DNA from: a virus
Lineage: Duplodnaviria > Caudoviricetes
Strand: one strand, 5' to 3'
DNA: 52,937 nucleotides
IMG/VR virus record: IMGVR_UViG_3300025652_000098
Span: 1-52,937 of that record
The notes under the pieces were generated by a model. That model was not told the DNA's origin and made no database searches. It worked only from the letters and a program-made list of their open reading frames with translations. Numbering within the stretch: position 1 is the first letter of the stretch; every line of letters starts with the position of its first letter. Shown one piece after another: positions 39,826 to 49,113 of the stretch. The translations under genes and the position numbers were made by a program.

Positions 39826-39948
39826 CAGTCTATTAAATGGTTGACAATCAATAATAAGTATGATAGGCTTAAATTTGATAAATTCATTGATTATAATGAA
39901 ATATTCAGAGTACGATCACGGTGAATCACATATATCAGGAGTATACAG
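39826..39948 (+). pseudogene. Decayed C-terminal fragment of an rSAM3-like gene
   Basis: Translates QSIKWLTINNKYDRLKFDKFIDYN, versus rSAM3 QSAIGWLTNNHKYDETKFDKFVKYN. Bounded by in-frame TGA at 39823 and 39922. IYQEYT in another frame matches rSAM3 MYPEYT. Confidence 0.75.
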
Positions 39949-40557
39949 ATGTTGTATGACAATATAAAAAATTCCGCAATGATAGTGGAAAATTATGAAA
40001 CAACTAAAATGGAATGGTTGTTCATTGAACCAATGATCAGTGAAGAAATGTACACTGAATTGTTGAGCATATCTGGACCTGACAGGGCAGCACGATTAGT
40101 AGATATATTTAATGATGAAGAAATCATACAATTACTATATCAAAAATTTGCTAATACTGAGGTGAGAAGTGATACGATTAAAAGTATATACGCATTCCAT
40201 CAAGTTCATGGCGCTGGGTATACACTTAAACCACACGTAGATAGTTATCCTAGAGTCTTTACTGTGGTCATGTATTTCGCAAAAGACAATGATACTCCAG
40301 AGGCTGGCACCGTTGTGTACAATATTATAGATATTGAGAAAAAAGAATACGAAACCTCCGGCATTGCGCCATTCCGAAGAAATTCTGGCATGATTATAAG
40401 TCCAACAGACTCATCTTGGCATGGAGTGGATATGCTCACAAAGGAATTGGAGCGTGAAAGTGTAGTATTAGTCTTTAGTGCTGAACCGTGGAATGATTCA
40501 CAAATGCATTATGCTGATTGGAAACCAGGAGTTACAGTTGACTATAAAAAAATATAA
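39949..40557 (+). CDS. 2OG-Fe(II) oxygenase
   Basis: HxD (PHVD), distal His (SWHGV) and RxS (ERES). AGGAG RBS. Confidence 0.8.
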   Translation: MLYDNIKNSAMIVENYETTKMEWLFIEPMISEEMYTELLSISGPDRAARLVDIFNDEEIIQLLYQKFANTEVRSDTIKSIYAFHQVHGAGYTLKPHVDSYPRVFTVVMYFAKDNDTPEAGTVVYNIIDIEKKEYETSGIAPFRRNSGMIISPTDSSWHGVDMLTKELERESVVLVFSAEPWNDSQMHYADWKPGVTVDYKKI

Positions 40558-41098
40558 AAATTCTTTGGCATATCTTGTTGAATTTAACAATCTAGTTGAT
40601 GGCAATTATGAGTACACAGTAGGTAACGAAGTCGTAAGTTTATATACTATATTCAGTGACCGCAGCGGTTGGATAGAAGTTGCTAATGTAAGTAGCTCTG
40701 CTGATACTCATTTATGTGCTGATGCAGTTGATGGCGTCAAGTTGTCTGATGAGATGATTAATATTCTACGCACAGACAGATATAAATATAACGTAAGAGC
40801 ATCTGCTGAGACATTTACTCCAAGAAATAATGAATGGTTGACATATCCGCACACCATGTATGTTCATAATAGCATGAGTACATTTTCAAGTGTTCTGCGA
40901 ACATGCGATAATCCAAATTCTAATCTAGTGTCATTATCTACGGACACCGATCCAGTGCGAGTACGCCAAGGAATGAGTAGCGTAGGGTTTGGAGAATCAG
41001 ATTGCGGAGATACATTCTTTAGTTATGGTTCCGAGAACCATAATGGATTCTATCAGAGTTTCAGCGGTAATGCTAGTGGAAAGGTTTATATAAGGTAA
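40538..41098 (+). CDS. Hypothetical protein, weakly fibrinogen-C/lectin-like (probable TTG start at 40538)
   Basis: AGGAG 6 nt before the TTG. DGNYEY...SLYTIFSDRSGWIEVA and a ...VYIR terminus loosely fit the fibrinogen-like pattern. Confidence 0.45.
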   Translation: MTIKKYKNSLAYLVEFNNLVDGNYEYTVGNEVVSLYTIFSDRSGWIEVANVSSSADTHLCADAVDGVKLSDEMINILRTDRYKYNVRASAETFTPRNNEWLTYPHTMYVHNSMSTFSSVLRTCDNPNSNLVSLSTDTDPVRVRQGMSSVGFGESDCGDTFFSYGSENHNGFYQSFSGNASGKVYIR

Positions 41099-41108
41099 AT
41101 GAATAGAA

Positions 41109-42515
41109 ATGTTACTTGGGAAAACAATGACTAGAAAAATACCAATTTGGAATGATGACGGAAGTTGTGCAGAAGAGAGTGAGAACAAAACTTTCTGTAT
41201 GGCGCCGTGGTCCCATACTTATATTAGTCCACAGGGCGAGAGAAGAATGTGTTGTGCTAGTAGAGAAGAGCATAGTTTTCAAAAACAATATATAGACGCT
41301 ACTAATGATGAAAAGTATGGAGAGATACGTGAAAGCGAAACTGATGCTGACAAGTTTAATCCAGTATCATTAGAAGAACATTGGAACAGTGAGTATATGC
41401 GAGACATACGCAAAAAGCTTATGGCAGGTGAACGCATCAGTCAGTGTGATGTATGCAACGATGATATTCTGAGCGTTAGTAGCTATCGTAAATGGTTTAC
41501 CGGATGTCTGTTCAAGGATAAAATAGAAGAAGCATTTGAATCGACGGACGACGACGGGTATACATCTATGCCTGTTATTTCGTTCGATTATCGTTATAGT
41601 AATTTGTGTAACTTTAAGTGCCGTATGTGTGGCGAACAATTAAGTAGCGCATGGGAAGCCGAAAAGAAAAAGAATGATATGTGGAGCCCCGAGCAACAGC
41701 CATTTATGATTCCTGAAGTTAAAAAGAAAATGAATGACTTTCAAAAGCAGGTAGCTGAGCCTGAATTCAAACGTGCTATCAGTGATGGCATTGTGGAAGA
41801 GATTTACTGGGTAGGCGGTGAACCATTGATGTACGATATGCACTGGTGGGCATTAGAAGAAATGACACAAAACGGAAGCGCTGAGAAATGTTACTTGCGT
41901 TATAATAGTAATCTTTCTAGGATTGACTTCAGGGGAAAAAACTTGTACGATTACTTGCCGAAGTTCAAGGATTGGCTGATGTGTGCTAGCATCGACGGCA
42001 CGGGCGATATTGTTGAATTTATTCGCAAAGGCATAGTATGGGAAGAATGGCTAACGAACTTTAAGCTAGGGTTAGAGTTACCAGGCGGCAAGGAAAAAAT
42101 GCGATTTGACCTAACTATCACTGGACCAGGTATGTTTAGTTTGAAAGACTTGTTTGACCTAAGTTTAGAACTGGATGTAAGTATGGAAACTAAAATAATG
42201 TTTGCGTTTCATGCTGATATCATAATGAGTCCGTTTGCTTGGCCACGTCACATATTAGATAGGACCATAGACGAGCTTCTTGAATATATGGAACCACGTG
42301 CTACTTTTAGACAACAAACGCTAGTTAATACATTACGTGAGATGAAAAATAGACCTACATTTGAAGAACAATTTCCTGACACACATGACCAGCAATTCAA
42401 GAATGGCAAAGGATATCAGGATAGACTAGACCAGATACGTCAGGAGCCACTTCGGTTAGAAGACATCTACAAGGCAGATTCGGAATTGTACGATTGGTGG
42501 ACTAGACATGGGTAA
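41109..42515 (+). CDS. Radical SAM protein with N-terminal twitch domain (rSAM7)
   Basis: FCMAPWSH...MCC...CDVC, CNFKCRMC, VGGEP. Confidence 0.9.
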   Translation: MLLGKTMTRKIPIWNDDGSCAEESENKTFCMAPWSHTYISPQGERRMCCASREEHSFQKQYIDATNDEKYGEIRESETDADKFNPVSLEEHWNSEYMRDIRKKLMAGERISQCDVCNDDILSVSSYRKWFTGCLFKDKIEEAFESTDDDGYTSMPVISFDYRYSNLCNFKCRMCGEQLSSAWEAEKKKNDMWSPEQQPFMIPEVKKKMNDFQKQVAEPEFKRAISDGIVEEIYWVGGEPLMYDMHWWALEEMTQNGSAEKCYLRYNSNLSRIDFRGKNLYDYLPKFKDWLMCASIDGTGDIVEFIRKGIVWEEWLTNFKLGLELPGGKEKMRFDLTITGPGMFSLKDLFDLSLELDVSMETKIMFAFHADIIMSPFAWPRHILDRTIDELLEYMEPRATFRQQTLVNTLREMKNRPTFEEQFPDTHDQQFKNGKGYQDRLDQIRQEPLRLEDIYKADSELYDWWTRHG

Positions 42516-44802
42516 TACTGAGGATTATCATCTAGACAGTCCGATGTTATCTGTATACCATTTAATTGTGCGATTTATTACAGATGAGATAGAATCAAAG
42601 AGTGGACTGGGCATCAGTAAGATTGTAGAGACTACCATTAGTGACCTAGCAGCAGAAATATATGCCGATGTGTTAAGGCTTCTTCCCGAATCAGAAAGAG
42701 TGAGACTGGAAATAGAAACACCGCGGTCTCATCGCATCAATGGTGATTATTGTTTTTATAAAGCAAATAACTATAATCTATTGTTATTGGGACAGTTTAC
42801 GAAGATCAAAATATTTCTGGGGCTAAACGCAATAGTTGCTAAAGAAAATTATACGGTAGCAAAGAGTGTATATCCGAATTACACATATTTACATGAACAC
42901 TTTAGCGCATGTGATAAGCCTGGTTATAGAATAGAATTAAACAAGGTAATACCGGGTATTACACCAGAATGCGTGGTGTCTCGTTTCCATTTAGGATCCA
43001 CCGCGAATCATGGCAATGATGCTATAATAAACTATTTAATAAATGAAACTCAAAACCCAATTACAGTAGTCACTGATTTGTTTTTGGCGCATATTATTGA
43101 TCTCTATTATTCAGAAAAAGATATAGTGGTGTATCCAAATGATAATAACATATGCAACTTTATAATCACGAATAAGATAAAAAACTACATTGATGATCCC
43201 GACAATGTTCCTTTACACACCGTGTTTGTTCAGATAGATTGGGACCATGTAAATTTTTCAACTAGCGATGCTATGGTCCATAATGTGGCATGGCAATTTT
43301 TTGGTCGTATATATGATGAGCATCTCTATAGTGATGATGAGGCGACTGCTCACGCAATACAATGGAGAAAAGAACGCACATTACATGATCGAATAAAAGA
43401 TTTTAAGGAAGACTTTTATAGAAGAACCAACCAACCGGATCGTATCGGATGTACCGACGAAAATAAAGTTGATCTCGGATTCTTAAATAATTCGTCGTAC
43501 CTGGCAGAACTAGTAAATAATAGTGAAGCAATTGAGCCAACACATAAAGGTGGAAATAAAAAAATGAGTTATGAATATTTAAAATTAGATGGCGCCAATC
43601 CTATGTTTGAAAAAATGGCAGATGTTATTAAAGAAAAAGAGTGTACTAGTATACTTGATCTCGGTTGCGGATACAGCAGAATAAATGAATTCTTGGATGA
43701 TTATGAATATACACTACTAGGAGTTGATAATGATTTAGATGTTATCGCGGAGTGTAATGCTAACTATGATGATATTGACAGTATCAGTTTTACTACGGCA
43801 GGCATTTTAGATTTTGTAGAGAATGATACACGTACAGAATTCGATTGTGTTGTCTTGTCGGGTCTCCTGTATTATTTTAAGCAAGACACTTATGCCTGGT
43901 CAGCGCATGAACTTATTTCTAATATAGTTAAAAAATATAATCCTAAAACTATAATAATATCTGAACCACGACCTAGTGTAGTATACAAGACAAGTGACCT
44001 TAGTGAGATATTTTCAACATGGGCATACGAGTCGTGGTTCTTTGAGCTTGACATACGCATGGGAGATCGTGTAGTATATGCGTTAGAAACTGATCGTCCA
44101 CGTTCAATATTCAATAGAAAAATCAAAGCAGAGTTTAATAGTACTAGCGAACATAGTCACCAAAAAGAAACAGTTTGGAAAGATGATTTACTTTCTCAAG
44201 GAGTTTACTTAACAAATACAGAAACATTGGATGACGTTGTGTCGGGTAATGCTGACCACTATATTAGTGTGAGTGCGGGATTTAAAAGTTTGTATCAAGC
44301 ATGTATGGACTGGTATCCTGAAAAGGATCAGCAATTTACATATATTGACGTTGTTCCTACGGCGATTGATTATCGTATGTATTTTGACCAAATGTATCCT
44401 AAATTACATAGTGCCACTGAGGTATTCGAATATTATCAACGTGAAATTAATCCAGCAATCATGCCTATAGTAGGCGACAATAGGTCACCAGACGAATTGG
44501 ACACAATTGTCGATGAACAATTGTCATACTTGAACATTAGCCGAGATAAATGGAATGACTTTATTGAAGCATATAGTATTGCGCCCAAGACATACATAAG
44601 AGTAGATGCTGTCAATGACATCAAGATACTCAATAAACTTATTAGTAAGTATGCCACAGTGAAGTATTTTAACTATAGTAATATACATGATTGGCATCAG
44701 TTTAGGTTTACCGAAGAGACGTTTTATGCGTGGCATAAATATCTGGCTGACAGAAACAATATAACATTTGTCGGTAAAATCCCGCCATTCACAAGCATGT
44801 AA
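42508..44802 (+). CDS. Multidomain protein with central class I SAM-dependent methyltransferase
   Basis: SILDLGCG, LLGVD, FDCVVLSGLLYY. N- and C-terminal thirds unrecognised. Confidence 0.7.
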   Translation: MGNTEDYHLDSPMLSVYHLIVRFITDEIESKSGLGISKIVETTISDLAAEIYADVLRLLPESERVRLEIETPRSHRINGDYCFYKANNYNLLLLGQFTKIKIFLGLNAIVAKENYTVAKSVYPNYTYLHEHFSACDKPGYRIELNKVIPGITPECVVSRFHLGSTANHGNDAIINYLINETQNPITVVTDLFLAHIIDLYYSEKDIVVYPNDNNICNFIITNKIKNYIDDPDNVPLHTVFVQIDWDHVNFSTSDAMVHNVAWQFFGRIYDEHLYSDDEATAHAIQWRKERTLHDRIKDFKEDFYRRTNQPDRIGCTDENKVDLGFLNNSSYLAELVNNSEAIEPTHKGGNKKMSYEYLKLDGANPMFEKMADVIKEKECTSILDLGCGYSRINEFLDDYEYTLLGVDNDLDVIAECNANYDDIDSISFTTAGILDFVENDTRTEFDCVVLSGLLYYFKQDTYAWSAHELISNIVKKYNPKTIIISEPRPSVVYKTSDLSEIFSTWAYESWFFELDIRMGDRVVYALETDRPRSIFNRKIKAEFNSTSEHSHQKETVWKDDLLSQGVYLTNTETLDDVVSGNADHYISVSAGFKSLYQACMDWYPEKDQQFTYIDVVPTAIDYRMYFDQMYPKLHSATEVFEYYQREINPAIMPIVGDNRSPDELDTIVDEQLSYLNISRDKWNDFIEAYSIAPKTYIRVDAVNDIKILNKLISKYATVKYFNYSNIHDWHQFRFTEETFYAWHKYLADRNNITFVGKIPPFTSM

Positions 44803-44814
44803 CGAGTTAAACAT

Positions 44815-46014
44815 ATGAGCACATTTTGTCCACTACTATTTCAACACCTAGCAACGCACCCACACGGCGGCGTTACCCATTGTTGCATTGCTGACCATCG
44901 CAAAGCAATCAGCAGTAGCCGAGATAACACAGAGACAGGTCATCGTTATTATAATTTAAACAATGATACTGTACATGATACTATGAACAGTGAAAGTTAT
45001 CGTACGGCTAGATTGGAAGTGCTTGACGATAAGAAACCAAGAGCATGTATGCGGTGCTATAGTGAAGAAGCTAAAGGTATGCAAAGTAAGCGACTTGAGG
45101 AAATAAAAAACTATCCAGAATACACTCACGATGTGGCACAATCGGTGACTGATGCACAGGGTTACATACATGACGTTCAACTAGAATTTGTAGAACTCCG
45201 ATTAGGTAATACCTGTAATGTTGCATGTCGTACTTGTAATCCAGCAAGTAGTAGTAAATGGCGAAATGATTATGATAAGTTACAAGCAGACTTGAAATTT
45301 GATTTAACAAGCTATGACACAATGCAGGGATTTCGTTGGCCAGAACGTGAGAGCTTCTGGGAGGATTTACTCAAGCATTGTGACAGTGTAAAGACATTTT
45401 ACATCAATGGCGGTGAGCCTACTATGATCAAGCAACACTTTAAGTTTTTAGAACGTTTAGTTGACATGGGAAAAACAGATGTTAAACTATGGTATAACAT
45501 CAATATGACTCGTATGAGTGAAGAGATGATAGAACTATGGCGCAAGTTTGATCATGTAAAGGTATCGTGTAGCATTGATGATTTGGCTGAACGTAATGAG
45601 TACATAAGGCATCCTACCAAGTGGGATGATGTGATGAAAAACTTCCTACGTCTTAAAGATGAAGACTTCGAAGTAGATGTGACTCAAACTGTGAGCTTTA
45701 TGAATTATAGTACACTAGGAGACTTTTATGATTTCTTCCATAATCAACACGGCGTGTGGGTACATCATAACTACGTGTATGATCCTTCCATTCTCAGCCC
45801 AGCAGTAATACCAAAGCAGATGCGTGATAATATACATGCCAGATTGGATAATATATTACCAGCTGAGAAAGTTAATGAGTTGCGGAATATGTTTGGCGGA
45901 CCAGATAATCCAGAACAATGGCGTAAAGCAATGCTTTACACAAAAAGTTTAGATAGAATAAGAAAACAGTCCATTGGAGACTGGTTGCCAGAATTTAAAC
46001 TCGGACAAAACTGA
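44815..46014 (+). CDS. Radical SAM protein with N-terminal twitch domain (rSAM8)
   Basis: FCPLLFQH...HCC...CMRC, CNVACRTC, NGGEP. Confidence 0.9.
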   Translation: MSTFCPLLFQHLATHPHGGVTHCCIADHRKAISSSRDNTETGHRYYNLNNDTVHDTMNSESYRTARLEVLDDKKPRACMRCYSEEAKGMQSKRLEEIKNYPEYTHDVAQSVTDAQGYIHDVQLEFVELRLGNTCNVACRTCNPASSSKWRNDYDKLQADLKFDLTSYDTMQGFRWPERESFWEDLLKHCDSVKTFYINGGEPTMIKQHFKFLERLVDMGKTDVKLWYNINMTRMSEEMIELWRKFDHVKVSCSIDDLAERNEYIRHPTKWDDVMKNFLRLKDEDFEVDVTQTVSFMNYSTLGDFYDFFHNQHGVWVHHNYVYDPSILSPAVIPKQMRDNIHARLDNILPAEKVNELRNMFGGPDNPEQWRKAMLYTKSLDRIRKQSIGDWLPEFKLGQN

Positions 46015-46021
46015 AGAATTT

Positions 46022-47407
46022 ATGATTAGAAACTTATTAATACCATGTAGTGGACCTGGCACCCGCAGTGCTGGTTACACTAAATTTCATAAAACTCTTA
46101 ATCGCATAGGAAACTGTGCGGTAATAGATCACATCATCGCCAGCTATACTGACATTGACACAATATACGTAACTCTGGGCTATCAAGGAGACCTGGTGCG
46201 TGAATACTTAACACATGCTGGTTATACAAACATAGAGTATATTGAAATTGACAACTGGAGCGAAGGTCAGATTGCCAGCTTCAAGCAGATACCAGAGTAT
46301 GTATTTGATAATCCACTGTATTATAACGCATGTGATAATTGGAGTACTAGTGTACCTGTAGTAGATGATAATACATTTTTTACTTGTGCTCCTGAAAACA
46401 GCACACACTATGACACTGACGACGATTTAGTTTACAGTGGTATTAGTTTTATGCGAGACAGCACTGACTATTATCAGGCAATACGCAGTGCTACACACAA
46501 TCGCAATGACTTGTTGTTAATGAAAGAACTCAGCAGTTTACAGCATCTTGCTCTAGAAGATTGGTATGATGTAGGTAACAGAGAAAGTAATTCAAACACC
46601 AAATTAAATTTCAAGGAAGACTTTTCAGTACTTGACAAAACACATCAAGAAGTATATAAAGTAAACAATCGCATTGTTAAACTGTTTGACCTGGCAACTG
46701 ATATTAATGTACACAACAATACATTCCCGCACCCACAGCCTGTACTAAAGACCAGCAATGCGCTAAGTTATCCATATGCCAATGGAACAGTTAATCCATA
46801 CGGAGATGACTTTTTAAAGTTGTTGGATAATCTCAGACGACTTTGGAAGTATAGTTTAACTAACAATGCTCCAGTGTTTACCAGAGAACTATGGCAAGAC
46901 AAGACATGGCAACGATTTGAGATGATGTGTCAGTTAGATGAAAAGTATGCTGATGTAATAACTATTGACGGCGTAGATGTTGATTGTACTAAAGTAGTTG
47001 AATCAATCGATTGGGATATTCTTAACACTGGAACACTAGGACCATGTCATGGTGACTTGACTGTTGATAATATCGTTGTGTCTGACACTAATATATATTA
47101 TATAGACCATCGACAAGGTAAAGTCAATGATGTATTTTATGATGTTTGTAAGTTTTATCAGAGCTTGCATGTACACAGTAATAATCTAGCTAACTTAGTA
47201 GCAGGCAAAGATTTCATTACCCGTGACGATGCTGCTAGACTAGAACTTTTTAGAGACAGTGATGTATATAAAAACAACAAACATAAGATAGAATTAGGAG
47301 TTGGATGTCTGTGGCTGTGTATGGCACCTCTTAATGTTGACTCACAACTCAATCATCAATTGTTTACGTGGGCCATGAAACATTTATATTATCATTCTGC
47401 CAATTAA
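46022..47407 (+). CDS. NTP-transferase (LicC/RmlA-like) fused to an APH/choline-kinase-like phosphotransferase
   Basis: LLIPCSGPGTRS......K, DNW and WYDVG in the N-terminal domain. HGDLTVDNI and YYID in the C-terminal domain. Probable start ATG 46022. Confidence 0.8.
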   Translation: MIRNLLIPCSGPGTRSAGYTKFHKTLNRIGNCAVIDHIIASYTDIDTIYVTLGYQGDLVREYLTHAGYTNIEYIEIDNWSEGQIASFKQIPEYVFDNPLYYNACDNWSTSVPVVDDNTFFTCAPENSTHYDTDDDLVYSGISFMRDSTDYYQAIRSATHNRNDLLLMKELSSLQHLALEDWYDVGNRESNSNTKLNFKEDFSVLDKTHQEVYKVNNRIVKLFDLATDINVHNNTFPHPQPVLKTSNALSYPYANGTVNPYGDDFLKLLDNLRRLWKYSLTNNAPVFTRELWQDKTWQRFEMMCQLDEKYADVITIDGVDVDCTKVVESIDWDILNTGTLGPCHGDLTVDNIVVSDTNIYYIDHRQGKVNDVFYDVCKFYQSLHVHSNNLANLVAGKDFITRDDAARLELFRDSDVYKNNKHKIELGVGCLWLCMAPLNVDSQLNHQLFTWAMKHLYYHSAN

Positions 47408-47446
47408 CTACAGCTATAATAAATAAAGATAGATAGGAATACCGTA

Positions 47447-48964
47447 ATGATAATTTGGGGATGGTCTGGAATGGCACATGATGCTAGTTTAGCAGTATTT
47501 AAAAAAACAAAAAAAGGCTTGGGCATGATGTGCACAACCGAGTTGTTATTTGCCGCACACAGCGAGCGATACAGTCGTATCAAAAATGACAAGAATTTAC
47601 ATCTTGGGCTTATTAACGATGCTCTACAATTCGGCAAGCCTAACAAGATATATTATTACGAAAAGCCATTACTTAAAAAAACACGCCAGGTATGGGCTGG
47701 GCAATATAACCTACTTGGCAAAGAATCACCTACTAGGTATATGCGTAACTTCTATCCAGAAGCACCTAAAAGCTCTACATGTAGTCATCATTTAAGCCAT
47801 GCAGCAGCGGGATATTACACTAGTCCATACAAATCAGCCGCAGTTTTAGTCATTGACAGTATTGGCGAATGGGATACAATGAGTATATGGAATGGTAACC
47901 GCACAGAATTAAAGAAAAAGTGGAGCCAGTATTATCCTCATAGTATCGGAATTTGGTACAGTGCGATGACGCAGCGCATTGGCTTAAAGCCACAAGAACA
48001 CGAATACATCCTCATGGGAATGGCTGCTATAGGTGATGCTAGTAAGTATTATGATCTGATAAAAAGAGACTTCATTAAAAAATTGCCGTCACTTAAAGAT
48101 CCGCGTACATTATTTAAACTGAACTGTCACAGAGGATGTTTAGATTGGCGTCCAGATTTGAACAGTGTACAGGACGTAGCTGACATCGCCGCAGCCACCC
48201 AACTTATATATGAAGAAATATTTGAAGAGTATCTAAAGATTGTTCGTGACATGACGGGACAAGACAGTATTGTGTTGATGGGCGGCTGCGCTCTTAACTG
48301 TGTTGCGAATACTCTTGCTGCTCAATACTTTAAGAATGTATGGATTATGCCAAATCCAGGAGACGCGGGCAGCGCAATTGGATGTGTGTTAGCAAAAGAA
48401 AAAACATTTATTAAATTTGACCACGCATATCTAGGACATGACATCGTTGGTGATTATCCTATAGAGAACGTTATCGGGCAGTTACTTGAAAAGAAAATCA
48501 CAGCAGTCGCATGTGGAAGAGCCGAGTTTGGTCCAAGATCCTTGGGAAATCGCAGTATACTTGCTGACCCTAGAGGACCAGATGTCAAAGACAGAGTTAA
48601 TCAGATTAAACACCGAGAAGCGTTTCGTCCATTTGCTCCTATGATACTCGAAGAACACGCAGATACTTATTTTGATATGCCATCAAATGTATCCAATTCG
48701 CCGTTTATGCAGTTTGTGGTAGAGTGTAAGTATCCGGATAAGTTTCCTGCTATTGTGCATTTTGATAACACCAGTCGAGTACAAACAGTTGGCAAGGACG
48801 ATGGACCTGTTAGAGAATTATTAGAACAATGGTACAAGCGCACAGGTTGCCCGATACTATTGAACACCAGTCTGAATATAAGAAATGAACCGTTGGTGAA
48901 TACACGAGCGGATGCTCATCGATGGAGCGCACAATATGGAGTAGAAATATGTTTACCAGAGTAA
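47447..48964 (+). CDS. O-carbamoyltransferase (NodU/CmcH/TobZ family)
   Basis: HDAS, ERYSRIKND, HHLSHAA, D.IGE, MGMA, GGCALNCVAN, PGDAG, EFGPRSLGNRSILADPR, FRPFAP, LLNTSLN. Confidence 0.95.
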   Translation: MIIWGWSGMAHDASLAVFKKTKKGLGMMCTTELLFAAHSERYSRIKNDKNLHLGLINDALQFGKPNKIYYYEKPLLKKTRQVWAGQYNLLGKESPTRYMRNFYPEAPKSSTCSHHLSHAAAGYYTSPYKSAAVLVIDSIGEWDTMSIWNGNRTELKKKWSQYYPHSIGIWYSAMTQRIGLKPQEHEYILMGMAAIGDASKYYDLIKRDFIKKLPSLKDPRTLFKLNCHRGCLDWRPDLNSVQDVADIAAATQLIYEEIFEEYLKIVRDMTGQDSIVLMGGCALNCVANTLAAQYFKNVWIMPNPGDAGSAIGCVLAKEKTFIKFDHAYLGHDIVGDYPIENVIGQLLEKKITAVACGRAEFGPRSLGNRSILADPRGPDVKDRVNQIKHREAFRPFAPMILEEHADTYFDMPSNVSNSPFMQFVVECKYPDKFPAIVHFDNTSRVQTVGKDDGPVRELLEQWYKRTGCPILLNTSLNIRNEPLVNTRADAHRWSAQYGVEICLPE

Positions 48965-48975
48965 AGAATTTTATT

Positions 48976-49065
48976 ATGTGGCCTTGGACACGATACCAAG
49001 AAAAGAAAAGATTTAAGAAGCGTATGGAAGAACTCCGTAAGCGTGACCCATTCATTTATGATTGA
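48976..49065 (+). CDS. 29-aa small protein MWPWTRYQEKKRFKKRMEELRKRDPFIYD (not in ORF track)
   Basis: Manual translation. Fills the gap directly after the carbamoyltransferase; C-terminal PFIY motif. Confidence 0.6.
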   Translation: MWPWTRYQEKKRFKKRMEELRKRDPFIYD

Positions 49066-49101
49066 CAAGCATAGATGAATGTGTTACAATGATTATAAAT
49101 A
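49062..49101 (+). promoter_or_regulatory. Tandem sigma70 promoter and T4 late promoter
   Basis: TTGACA (49062-67) - 17 nt - TACAAT (49085-90) with extended TG, then TATAAATA (49094-101) and GGAG RBS. Confidence 0.8.
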
Positions 49102-49113
49102 TGGAGAATCTAA

